Source of the DNA: Candidatus Multivorans sp.
GTDB lineage: Bacteria; Acidobacteriota; Thermoanaerobaculia; Multivoradales; Multivoraceae
DNA: 64,000 nucleotides
Assembly: GCA_965247095.1 (NCBI GenBank)
Contig: OZ251997.1
Coordinates: 2,592,001-2,656,000, forward strand
Reading direction: 5' to 3'
Positions 38,108-47,287 of this stretch are shown here, in pieces. The translations under genes and the position numbers were made by a program. The notes under the pieces were generated by a model. The model was not told where the DNA came from. It did not search any database and was given only the letters and a program-made list of their open reading frames with translations. Each line of letters starts with the position of its first letter. Positions within the stretch are counted from its first letter, which is position 1.

Positions 38108-38395
38108 ATGGCGATGCAGAACCCACCACATCCGGGCGGGATCGTCCGAAGGCAGTGCCTGGAGCCCCTGGGGCTGTCCGTGACGCGAGCCGCAGAAGGC
38201 CTGGGCGTCACCCGGCAGGCGCTCTCCGACCTGGTGAACGGTCATGCCGGAGTGTCGACGGAGATGGCGGTTCGCCTGTCGAAGGCGTTCGGCTCGAGTC
38301 CTGAGACTTGGCTCGGGAGGCAGATGGCCTACGATCTTTGGCAGGTCCGCGACCGTGCCGAGCAGATCACGGTCGAGCGCTTTGACGCGGCCTGA
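38108..38395 (+). CDS. higA: HigA-family antitoxin
   Basis: NPPHPGGIV..LSVTRAAEGLGVTRQALSDLVNG..STEMAVRLSKAFGSSPETWL..Q.AYDL. Confidence 0.92.
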   Translation: MAMQNPPHPGGIVRRQCLEPLGLSVTRAAEGLGVTRQALSDLVNGHAGVSTEMAVRLSKAFGSSPETWLGRQMAYDLWQVRDRAEQITVERFDAA

Positions 38396-38457
38396 GTGCC
38401 GGCGATGCAAGTAAGTTCCAACTAGCAGCTAGGGGCTTGCGCGGCAGGACGATCTGA

Positions 38458-38504
38458 CCTGGGAACGCGGGCATCCTGCCCGCATCCGGCGCGAAGCGCC
38501 GGCC
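38458..38504 (+). repeat. REP-like palindrome (compensatory variant)
   Basis: GCGGGCA-TCC-TGCCCGC stem in the same flanking context, followed by CCGGCGC-GAA-GCGCCGG. Confidence 0.8.
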
Positions 38505-38523
38505 TCTGGGAGTTCTGCCGCGC

Positions 38524-38934
38524 CTAGGCCGATCTGAGGCCGGTATCGACGAACTCTCGTGGGGAGACGACGCGAACGTTCTGCCTGGCGCTGGCTGGGA
38601 AGTGTCTGGCGTTTCCGGTGACCAGATAGTCGGCCAGGGCGGCTGCCGCCACTTCCAGGAAGGGCTCGTCGTGGGGATCGGGAAGCCTGGCCGGCAAGGG
38701 CATTGGAGAGGTCAGTTCGCCACGGGCTTCGACTTGTAGCAGTAGCGCGCTGATGTCCTCTTCAGCGAGAGAGAATCTGGGTCGGCGCAGTACCTCGGCG
38801 TACTCGGCGAGGATTCGCGCGTCGTAGCAGAGGCTGAGGCTGCCTGCAGCGGTCAGCCCGACGATGGTGCCCGGTGGCCCGAAGGGCGATAGCAAACCGG
38901 AGACGAGGACGTTCGTGTCGACGACGATTCTCAT
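38524..38934 (-). CDS. PIN-domain toxin
   Basis: MRIVVDTNVLVSGL, DPHDEPFLEVA, LVTGNARHF. Confidence 0.9.
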   Translation of the reverse strand: MRIVVDTNVLVSGLLSPFGPPGTIVGLTAAGSLSLCYDARILAEYAEVLRRPRFSLAEEDISALLLQVEARGELTSPMPLPARLPDPHDEPFLEVAAAALADYLVTGNARHFPASARQNVRVVSPREFVDTGLRSA

Positions 38935-39218
38935 GCGCGGCGTCGGCGCCGCGCTTCATTGATCTCAGCGTTCACTTCGTCGAGGCTCCACTGATCAAGG
39001 CCCGCTTCACGTGCTCGGCGCTGCATATTGAGCACAGCCAACTGTGCTCGGGCTTGCCGAAGCGCCGTCAGCGTTGCTTCGAGGGTCGACGCGGTCGCGG
39101 CAGAAAGGACGGCGACCGGCTTGCCGTTGGAAGTGACCACGAGGTCCTTCGCTTCCCCCAGTGATTCCCAGACTGCTGCGGAGCGAGTACGTAAGTCACG
39201 GATGCTGACGAATTCCAT
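38931..39218 (-). CDS. Phd/YefM-family antitoxin
   Basis: FVSIRDLR...LVVTSNGKPVAVL; ATGA overlap with the PIN gene. Confidence 0.88.
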   Translation of the reverse strand: MEFVSIRDLRTRSAAVWESLGEAKDLVVTSNGKPVAVLSAATASTLEATLTALRQARAQLAVLNMQRRAREAGLDQWSLDEVNAEINEARRRRRA

Positions 39219-39278
39219 GGGTGCAACCCTCAAGGTTCACAATCGAGTACACGACGGTGGCACGATTGTGTCTTCTCG

Positions 39279-39989
39279 TCAAGACCGTGGACCCAGGGTT
39301 TCCCCCTCGCCCTGAACCAGCGTCTGATACTCGCCAGGGCGCACATCCGTCCAACGCTCCACCGCGCCGTCGGGCCAGCGGACTTCGACGTGGCTGACGC
39401 CGGCGTTCTCGCCATCGCCGAGGCCGACGAGCACTCTGGGGTCGCGGGCTGACGCGTTGCTGCCGTCGGTGTGGACGTGGCGCCAGATGGGCGGTGCGTC
39501 GGCGCGGTGGACCAGGACGTGAGCGCCCAAGGCGTCGCGGTTGTGGGCGACGAGCCGGAGGCCCAGCCACGGGCGGCCTTGGCCGACCTGGTTCAGCAAC
39601 AGACGGGTCGGCGCGTTGCTGTTGACGACGACGACATCGAGGTCGCCGTCGTTGTCGACATCGCCGAACGCGGCGGCGCGGCTGACTTCGGCCGACTCGA
39701 AGACGACGCCAGCCTCGGCCGTGACCTCGCGGAAGGCGCCGTCGCCACCATTGCGGAGGAGCTGGTTCGCCTGCCGCAGCGGGTACGGATCGCCGGCGCG
39801 GATCAGCGCGTCGATGCCGATCACGGCGCCGTTGACGGCGAGCACGTCGAGCCAACTGTCGTTGTCGTAGTCGATCCAGCCGATGCCGAAGGTGGTGAAG
39901 GGGAGGCTGGGGGGCCCGAGTTGCGACGCCGCCGACTCGTCGCGGAACAGGCCGGCGCCGTCGTTGTCGAAGTCGAGCAGGGCCGCGCC
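39279..39989 (-). pseudogene. CRTAC1/ASPIC-UnbV C-terminal remnant
   Basis: GAALLDFDNDG joined directly to AGLFRD; then DYDNDSWLD, SRAAAFGDVDNDGDLD, NRDALGA, VRWPDG. Confidence 0.75.
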
Positions 39990-40300
39990 GTAGTAGAGGG
40001 TCAGGGCGCTGCCGACGAAGGCCGTCGAGTACGGGATCGCCATGGACATGCGCGTCGCCGGCGCCAGCATGTCGTGCACCTCGATGGTGAAGCGCAGCGC
40101 CTGGTAGGCGAAGACGGCAAGGAAGGCGGCCGAGCTGAGCGCGACCACGGCGCCGATCCAGCGCTGCACCTTGGGCGGAGTCCTGTCGACCAGGAACCGG
40201 AGCGCGAAGTGGGTGCCGGTCTTCATCGCGTAGGCGGCCGAGAGAGCCGCCAGCCACATGAGGAGAAACCGGGCCAGCTCTTCCGACCAGGACAGCCTGG
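39990..40300 (-). pseudogene. TRAP small permease (DctQ) remnant fused in frame to the CRTAC1 remnant
   Basis: LSWSEELARFLLMW..AAYAMKTGTHFAL signature; the N-terminus is missing. Confidence 0.75.
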
Positions 40301-40354
40301 TCCGCCACCCGCTCGAGGTGGCGGTGTGCACGTTGCTGGTCGCCCGTCAATGCA

Positions 40355-41419
40355 CTAGTGCCCGCCCCAGATGTCGCCCACCACGAAGCCGTTGGGGAAC
40401 GGGTCCTCCGGGTCGAGGACGTACTGGGCGAAGCCGGTAATCCACGCGGTGCCCGCCAGGGTCGGCACCGCGGCGGCGTAGTCGCCGACCTGCGTCTCCC
40501 GAATCATGCGGCCCGTGAACGTCGTGCCCAGAATCCCCTCGTGGACGAAGTCCTGGCCGAGCGGCAGCTCGCCCTTGGCCCACATCGCCGCCATCTTGGC
40601 GCAGGTGCCGGTGCCGCAAGGTGAGCGGTCAAGCGCCCCGGTCCAGGTCAGCGGCTTGTTCCAGTCGAGCGTGCCGGTCGACACGATGACCGTGTTGCGC
40701 CGGTCGGCGCCTGATGTCAGCGGCGGCGCGGAGAGCTGGCCGATCGTGACGCCGCGGATCTGCGGGTTCAGCGGGTGGACGGGCGCGGGAAGCTGCTCCT
40801 GGCAGGCGGCCTTGATCATCTCGCCGACCCGGGCGGCGTCGGCGGCTTCCTCGGGCGCCAGGGTGAGGCCGACCTGATCCGCGTCGGCGATGACGTAGAA
40901 CATGCCGCCGTAGGCGACGTCGACCGTGACCTTGCCGAGTTCCGGCACGTCGAGTTCGGCGTCGAGATGGACGGCGAAGGCCGGCACGTTCTTGAACTCG
41001 ACCCGCTTCACCTTGCCCCGCTCGACCTCGGCGCGCACTTGGATCAGGCCGGCGGGCGACTCCAGGGTGAGTTCGGTGAGCGGCTCCGTCGACGCCACCA
41101 TCCCGGTCTCGATCAGCACGGTAGCGACGGCGATCGTGTTCGTGCCCGACATGCCGGGGTACTCGACCTGCTCCATGATCACGTAGCCGGCGACCGCATC
41201 GGGATGGGTGGCCGGGAGGATCAGGTTGCAGTTCGCCGCCGGATAGCCGCGCGGCTCGCGCAGCATGCGCAGCCGGAGTTCGTCGGCCTCGGTTTCGAGG
41301 TAGCGCATCTTCTCGAACATCGTCGATCCGGGGACGTCGAGGACGCCGCCGACGATCACCCGTCCCGGCTCGCCGCAGACGTGGGTGTCGACGGCGTGGA
41401 TGACGTTGGAGACGCGCAT
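40355..41419 (-). CDS. Proline racemase/hydroxyproline epimerase family protein (Ser/Cys dyad)
   Basis: DTHVCGEP, LREPRG, YPGMSG, DVAYGGMFY, DRSPCGTGT. Confidence 0.92.
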   Translation of the reverse strand: MRVSNVIHAVDTHVCGEPGRVIVGGVLDVPGSTMFEKMRYLETEADELRLRMLREPRGYPAANCNLILPATHPDAVAGYVIMEQVEYPGMSGTNTIAVATVLIETGMVASTEPLTELTLESPAGLIQVRAEVERGKVKRVEFKNVPAFAVHLDAELDVPELGKVTVDVAYGGMFYVIADADQVGLTLAPEEAADAARVGEMIKAACQEQLPAPVHPLNPQIRGVTIGQLSAPPLTSGADRRNTVIVSTGTLDWNKPLTWTGALDRSPCGTGTCAKMAAMWAKGELPLGQDFVHEGILGTTFTGRMIRETQVGDYAAAVPTLAGTAWITGFAQYVLDPEDPFPNGFVVGDIWGGH

Positions 41420-41424
41420 CGGAT

Positions 41425-41960
41425 CTAACTCCCGGCTGGTGGAAGAACCGTCATCTTCATCCAGTCCGCCGTGTTGTGAAAGTCCGCCCGGGAGTTCTCC
41501 GGATAGTCGGACTCGCTCAGGTAGCGGCCGGCGAGCACGCCCATCGCCATCGGCGCCCAGGTAATCACGCCCACGCCGAGGCGCTGGCACATCGGGATCA
41601 GCTCGTTCTCGATCCGGCGGTCGAGCAGGTTGTAGGGCGGTTGCTCGCTGACGAAGCGGGCGTAGCCCTTCAGTTCGCTCGTCATCACGGCTTCGGCGAC
41701 CATCCAGGCCGGGTGGGTCGAGCAGCCGATGTAGCGGATCTTGCCGGTCCGCACCAGGTCGTCCAGAGCTCTCAGGATCTCGTCGAACGGGATCTCGGGC
41801 GACGGGCGGTGCAGTTGATAGAGGTCGATGTAGTCGGTCTGCAACCTTCGGAGCGACGCCTCGCAGGCGCGGATCAGGTTGAGGCGCGAGTGGCCGTACT
41901 CGTTGGGACCGATGCTGGCGGTGTAGTCCGTAACGCTCTCGCCGACGACTCGCCGCCCGA
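41425..41960 (-). pseudogene. Aldo/keto reductase remnant
   Basis: [35 protein letters not shown]. Compared with the intact paralog at 27692 it lacks the N-terminus and the segment between SRA and DFHNT. Confidence 0.8.
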
Positions 41961-42624
41961 ACGTGGTGTTGAAGAACTCGAGGTCGTCCTGGATGAACTG
42001 GAAGCCCTGCAGTCCCGTTTCGAGAAAGGCCATGTGGTCCGTGCAGCAGGTGTTGCCGGGCACGATCCAGGACATCCCCACATCGTGGAAGGGCGCCATC
42101 CAGGCCTCGAAGATCGGTCGCGCCCTGTCGTTGCCCTGCAGGTAGATGCCTCGGAAGCGGCCGTACCAGTCGACGTTGAAGTACACGGACAGGTTCGCGT
42201 GCGCGGCCGGCTTCTCGGGCGACTCGGGATCGCCGAAGTGCTCGCGCACGTAGACCCGGGAGCCGAGCAGCCCGCTCTCTTCCGCGCCCCAGAGCGCTGC
42301 TCGGATCGTGCGCCGGGGCTTGAGGTCGAGGGCCCGCAGGAGCCGCATCGCCTCCATCACGATCGCACTGCCCGCCGCGTTGTCGGTGGCAGCCGTCGTA
42401 GGAGGGGAGTTCGCGTACCGGGGACCGTAGACGTCGGTCAGGACGCGGGCGAACTCCATCACCTGGGAGCGCCGAAAGCCCTCGTCGCGCAGGTCGGCTA
42501 CGACGGTCTCGGCGCCAGCGGTCGGCTTGCCGTCGCCGTGTTCCTCGGCGCGAGACTCGTTCCCGCCGAGCAGCGCAACGAGCGCGAGGAGTGCCGGCAT
42601 CCGGGTGACACCGCGTGCGATCAT
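41961..42624 (-). pseudogene. M28-family peptidase remnant fused in frame to the AKR remnant
   Basis: Signal peptide, LTDVYGPR, then directly [32 protein letters not shown]. Confidence 0.75.
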
Positions 42625-42664
42625 CAGCAGCCTGGCACTATACAGCCGTCCCGGGCACACGGAT

Positions 42665-42694
42665 GGCACGCGGGCGTCTCGCCCGCATCCGGCG
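42665..42694 (+). repeat. REP-like palindrome
   Basis: GGCACGCGGGCG-TCT-CGCCCGCATCCGGCG. Confidence 0.75.
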
Positions 42695-42699
42695 GCGAC

Positions 42700-43188
42700 T
42701 ACACTGCCGCAGTGTCGGCCATCGATTTCGTCCAGCGGATGATCTCGGCCGATTCGGGCCGCTCGGCCAAGCGCGGCTGCTATCTGGCCGCGGGGCTGAC
42801 GCTGGTGGTCGGGCTCGCCGTCTCCCTGATCGGGCTGTCGGCGTTCTACTTCGGCCGGGACCCGGGTTCCTCGCTGCTGATCGACCTCGCCTTGAGCGAT
42901 CTGCCGGGCCTGGTGGGCGGCGGGATCCTGCTCGGTCTGTTCTGGCGCAAGGCGAACACTCCGGGGGCACTGGCCGGTGTGATTGCCGGTAGCGTCGCCC
43001 GAATGACTCTCCACTTCGCGGTGGCCGATGCGTACCGCGGCCTCGACACCCTGCTGGCGCCGGTCTTCAGCCTGGCCGCCATGGTGACCGTGTCGCTGCT
43101 GACCCAGGCCGCGTATCGACCGCGGCACGACGAGTTGAAGCGCGTGCCGTCCGAGCGCGATCTTGTGGCTGGCCTGGACGGCGCCTAG
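42700..43188 (+). pseudogene. Sodium:solute symporter C-terminal remnant
   Basis: [26 protein letters not shown]-type C-terminal helices with no N-terminal part. Confidence 0.65.
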
Positions 43189-43222
43189 GAGTCCGCGAGG
43201 CGGAGCGATGGGCCACTCTGGA

Positions 43223-43256
43223 CCTGGGAACGCGGGCGTCTCGCCCGCATCCGGCG
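43223..43256 (+). repeat. REP-like palindrome abutting IS630
   Basis: CCTGGGAACGCGGGCG-TCT-CGCCCGCATCCGGCG immediately before CTAG. Confidence 0.8.
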
Positions 43257-43259
43257 CTA

Positions 43260-44396
43260 GTGTAGTGTCTCCGATATGGGTTGACAGTTTCGGGCAAGTT
43301 CGTCAGTATGCCGTTCATGTGGGAACCAGCGGAACGACTTCACATCGAAGAGAGGGATCGAGCGCTTCTCAAGAAATGGGTAGAGGCGCCGACGACGACG
43401 CAACGCACGGTCCGGCGTAGCCGGATCGTGCTCGCTGCGGCGGAGGGCACGGCCAATCGGGCGATTGCGGCGAAACTCGGCGTTTCGCGGCCCACGGTGC
43501 TGCTGTGGCGTCGTCGGTTCGCGGAGGACGGACCTTCGGGGCTGACCAGGGATCGTCCCCGCGGTTGCGGAAAGCCGCCGCTCTCGGAGTCGGTCGTGCG
43601 TAAAGTGATCGAAGCGACGCTGCACGAGAAGCCGCCCGGTCAGACCCACTGGAGCGTGCGTTCGATGGCTCGGGCCCAGGGCATCAGTCCGGCGGCGGTC
43701 CAGCGCATCTGGGTGGCGCACGGGCTGAAGCCCCATCTGGTCAAGACGTTCAAGCTGAGCAACGACCCCAGGTTCGTGGAAAAGCTGCGGGACGTTGTGG
43801 GCCTGTACCGGAATCCGCCCGAGAACGCGCTTGTGCTGTGCGTGGACGAGAAGAGCCAGATCCAGGCTCTGGACCGGACCCAGCCGGGCTTGCCGCTCAA
43901 GCGCGGCCGCGCGGGAACGATGACCCACGACTACAAGCGCAACGGGACGACGACGTTGTTCGCTGCGCTGAACGTGTTGGAGGGCACGGTGATCGCGGAG
44001 TGCATGGGCCGGCAGCGCCACCAGGAGTTTCTCCGTTTCCTCAAGCGTCTCGACCGTGAGATCCCGAAGCATCTCGACCTGCACCTGATCCTGGACAACT
44101 ACCAGACCCACAAACACGACGCCGTGCGCGCATGGCTGGAGCGAAAGCCTCGCTTCCACTTCCATTTCATTCCCACTTCGTCGCCCTGGCTCAACCTGGT
44201 CGAACGCTGGCTGGGCGGTCTGACCACGAAGGCGATCCGGCGCGGTGCATTCCAGAGCGTCAACGACCTCGTAAAGACCATCTACGACTACGTGGAGCAC
44301 AGCAACGAAAACTCCCGGCCGTTCGTCTGGACGGCCACCGCCGACAGCATCATCGCAAAGGTTACACGTGGTAAAGCCATGTTGGAGACAGTACAC
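43260..44396 (+). mobile_element. IS630-family insertion sequence
   Basis: IRs GTGTAGTGTCTCCGATATGG / GTGTACTGTCTCCAACATGG; TA on both sides (CTAG context). Confidence 0.93.
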
Positions 44397-44399
44397 TAG
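43308..44399 (+). CDS. IS630 transposase
   Basis: THWSVRSMA, VDEKSQIQALDR, HDYKRNGT, ILDNY, WLNLVERW. The stop TAG uses the terminal TA. Confidence 0.95.
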   Translation: MPFMWEPAERLHIEERDRALLKKWVEAPTTTQRTVRRSRIVLAAAEGTANRAIAAKLGVSRPTVLLWRRRFAEDGPSGLTRDRPRGCGKPPLSESVVRKVIEATLHEKPPGQTHWSVRSMARAQGISPAAVQRIWVAHGLKPHLVKTFKLSNDPRFVEKLRDVVGLYRNPPENALVLCVDEKSQIQALDRTQPGLPLKRGRAGTMTHDYKRNGTTTLFAALNVLEGTVIAECMGRQRHQEFLRFLKRLDREIPKHLDLHLILDNYQTHKHDAVRAWLERKPRFHFHFIPTSSPWLNLVERWLGGLTTKAIRRGAFQSVNDLVKTIYDYVEHSNENSRPFVWTATADSIIAKVTRGKAMLETVH

Positions 44400-44673
44400 C
44401 AGCAGCCTCGACGAACAGGTTCGGCGCCTGGAGCGCCTGCTCCGACGCGAGCTCGAGGCGGAGGGCCTCAAGGTGGAGGAAGCTGTCGAGAAGGGCGAAC
44501 GGGTGCTGGTCATCGGCGAAATGAGGATCTTCCCCCGGCGTCTTCTCGAAGGCCAACTCACGGCAGCCGATACAAGCGACTCGAGCACCGTCGACCTCGA
44601 TTGGCTCGCCGCCGCCCACCGCAGTTACTTCCGCAACCTGCGCCGGTTCCATCCGAGTCTGGTCGTTCGGTAG
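44400..44673 (+). pseudogene. 5'-truncated hypothetical gene
   Basis: A protein-like frame (SLDEQVRRLERLL...FHPSLVVR*) begins exactly at the IS630 end with no start codon. Confidence 0.5.
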
Positions 44674-44723
44674 CAGCGTGCGCGGCAGGAAGAATCGGCG
44701 TACCCCATGTTCTGCGGCGCACG

Positions 44724-45025
44724 CTTGCATGGAACAAACCCCTCGTCCTGGCCGGCCCTTCGTGCCTAATGCGGGCGAGACGCCCGCGTTCCCCAGGGCG
44801 GACCGAAGTAGCGACCACGCTCTTACGGTGTTCCCTGCGCGACAGCGCAGCGATACCGCTGTGGGTACTTGCATGGAACAAACCCCTCGTCCTGGCCGGC
44901 CCTTCGTGCCTAATGCGGGCGAGACGCCCGCGTTCCCCAGGGCGGACCGAAGTAGCGACCACGCTCTTACGGTGTTCCCTGCGCGACAGCGCAGCGATAC
45001 CGCTGTGGGTACTTGCATGGAACAA
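44724..45025. repeat. 144-bp tandem duplication (2 copies plus 14 bp), each copy containing a minus-strand REP-like palindrome
   Basis: CTTGCATGGAACAA recurs at 44724, 44868 and 45012; REP copies at about 44769-44797 and 44913-44941. Confidence 0.9.
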
Positions 45026-45098
45026 GCCCTGTTCCCTGTGCGTCAGCGCGGCGCGGACGCCGCGACTCGACTCCTAGCCGGCGTACACTTGGCGGCCG

Positions 45099-46148
45099 AT
45101 GCGGAACGCCTTGGCTCTGGGCCGTCGATCGATCCTGCTAGCGCTCGCGGCGGCCGCGGCCGCGGTGGGCTGCGGCGGTGACGGCCGGACGCCGGTGGTC
45201 GTCTACTCGCCGCACGGCCGGGATCTTCTGACCGTCGTCGAGCAGGCTTACGAGCAGGCCCGTCCCGATGTCGATGTCCGTTGGCTCGACATGGGTTCGC
45301 AGGAGGTCTACGACCGCATCCGCTCGGAGCGTGCGAACCCGCAGGCGGACGTGTGGTTCGGCGGCCCGGCGACGATCCTGGCCCGCGGCGCGGCGGAGGG
45401 CCTGCTGGCGCCGTTCGAGCCCTCGTGGGCCGGCGCTCTCGATGCCGCCGACCGGCATCCTGAAGGTCTCTACTACACGCTCTACCAGACGCCGACGATC
45501 ATCGTCTACAACCGCGACGCGATCAGCGCCGAGGAGGCGCCGGCCGACTGGGACGATCTGCTGGACGAGCGCTGGCAGGACGAGATCGTGATCCGCGACC
45601 CGCTCGCCAGCGGCACGATGCGGACGATCTTCGGCAAGATCCTGGCCGACTCGGTGGTCGAGACCGGCAGCACGGAGGCCGGCTTCGACTGGTTGCGACG
45701 GCTCGACGGACAGACCCGGGAGTACGTGCACAGTCCGGCGGTGCTGCACGAGAAGCTGACCCGCCAGGAGGGTCTGCTCACGCTCTGGGAAATGACGGAC
45801 ACGCTGTCCCTGATCGACCGGGGCGCGCCCGTGGCGTACCGGTTCCCGGAGAGCGGAACGGCCGTGATCCAGGACTCGGTGGGCGTCGTCGCGGGCGCCC
45901 GCCACCCGGACGCGGCGGCGGCCTTCGTCGAGTGGCTGGGCTCGCCCGAAGCCCTGGGTCTGGCGGTGCGCGAGGCGTTCCGCCTGCCGGCCCGGGGCGA
46001 CCTGGACGCGGCGGAGCTCGCGCCCTGGGTGGCGGACGTGCAGTCGCGGCTGCGCCGGGCCGAGGTCGACTGGCAGATGATCGAGGAGAACGGCAGCGAG
46101 TGGATGGCGCAGTGGGACCGGGCCGTTCGCGGCCAGGGCGGAGGATGA
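45099..46148 (+). CDS. ABC transporter substrate-binding lipoprotein (Fe3+/thiamine/phosphonate-type cluster)
   Basis: Lipobox VGC, VVVYSPHG, ERANPQADVWFGG, P.DWDDLLD, DPLASGT. Confidence 0.9.
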   Translation: MRNALALGRRSILLALAAAAAAVGCGGDGRTPVVVYSPHGRDLLTVVEQAYEQARPDVDVRWLDMGSQEVYDRIRSERANPQADVWFGGPATILARGAAEGLLAPFEPSWAGALDAADRHPEGLYYTLYQTPTIIVYNRDAISAEEAPADWDDLLDERWQDEIVIRDPLASGTMRTIFGKILADSVVETGSTEAGFDWLRRLDGQTREYVHSPAVLHEKLTRQEGLLTLWEMTDTLSLIDRGAPVAYRFPESGTAVIQDSVGVVAGARHPDAAAAFVEWLGSPEALGLAVREAFRLPARGDLDAAELAPWVADVQSRLRRAEVDWQMIEENGSEWMAQWDRAVRGQGGG

Positions 46149-47287
46149 GTCTGACGGCGGGCGTCTCCGTCCGGTTCGACGACGTCTTCAAGTCGTTCGA
46201 CGACACGGTCGTCCTCGCCGGCGTCTCGCTCACCGTTGAACCAGGTGAGATCTTCGCCCTGCTGGGGCCGAGCGGCAGCGGCAAGACGACCATGCTGCGG
46301 CTGCTGGCGGGCTTCGAGCAGCTCGACCGCGGCCGCCTGCTGATCGCGGACGAGGCGGTCGAGCACCTGCCGCCCGCCCGCCGCGGCGTCGGCATGTTGT
46401 TCCAGAGCTACGCGCTCTTCCCGCATCTGAGCGTGGCGGAGAACGTGGCCTTCGGTCTCAAGGTCCGCGGCGGCGGGCAGGGCGAGGTGCAGGGGCGGGT
46501 GGCCGAGATGCTCGAGCTCGTGCGCCTCGGCGGTTTCGAGGCGCGCCGCATCGCCGAGCTCTCGGGCGGCCAGCAGCAGCGGGTCGCCCTGGCCCGGGCA
46601 TTGGCGCCGCGGCCGCGGGTGCTGCTGCTGGACGAGCCGCTATCGAACCTCGATCCGGCGCTGCGTGAGGAGACCCGCGCAGATCTGCGCCGTGCGGTCA
46701 AGCAGACCGGCATCACGACGGTGCTGGTCACCCACGAACAGGAGGAGGCGTTCGAGCTCGGCGAACGGATCGGGGTTCTCAACGGCGGCCGCCTGGAGCA
46801 GGTCGCGGCGCCCGCCGAGCTGTACCAGGATCCGGCTTCGCGCTTTGTGGCGACGTTCGTCGGCCGCTGCTCCGTGCTGCCGGGGGTGGTCGAAGCCGGG
46901 GGCGACGGCGGCGCGCTCGACGTTCGGATCGAATCGCAGGGGGCGCCGCAGGTCTGGCGTTGCCGGGGCGGCGACGGGATCGGGGCCGGCGACCGGGTCG
47001 ATGTCTGCGTTCGCCCGGAATCCCTGGAGCTGGCGACGGGCGCGGGCGCCGGGCTGGCGGGCGAGATCGCCGCGGAGCGCTACACCGGCAGCAACAGCTT
47101 CTACACGGTTCGGTTGACCACGCCGTCGGGCGGGTCGGGGGCCGCGTCGCGTTCGGTCACCGTCGAGGTGGCGATGCCCGGCACCGCGGCCGGTCTGACC
47201 GGCGCCTGCGTGGTGCGACCGCTTCCGGAGGAGCCGCCGTGCGTTTTCGCGGCCGGGGCAGCCGGGGCAACCGGGGCCGAACCTTGA
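46145..47287 (+). CDS. ABC transporter ATP-binding protein (PotA/FbpC-like)
   Basis: GPSGSGKTT, FQSYALFPH, LSGGQQQRVALARAL, LLLDEP. Confidence 0.95.
   Translation: MSLTAGVSVRFDDVFKSFDDTVVLAGVSLTVEPGEIFALLGPSGSGKTTMLRLLAGFEQLDRGRLLIADEAVEHLPPARRGVGMLFQSYALFPHLSVAENVAFGLKVRGGGQGEVQGRVAEMLELVRLGGFEARRIAELSGGQQQRVALARALAPRPRVLLLDEPLSNLDPALREETRADLRRAVKQTGITTVLVTHEQEEAFELGERIGVLNGGRLEQVAAPAELYQDPASRFVATFVGRCSVLPGVVEAGGDGGALDVRIESQGAPQVWRCRGGDGIGAGDRVDVCVRPESLELATGAGAGLAGEIAAERYTGSNSFYTVRLTTPSGGSGAASRSVTVEVAMPGTAAGLTGACVVRPLPEEPPCVFAAGAAGATGAEP

Noticed and set aside
44724-45025. CRISPR array
   Set aside because: The intervening sequences are identical (tandem duplication), the unit is 144 bp, and no cas genes are present
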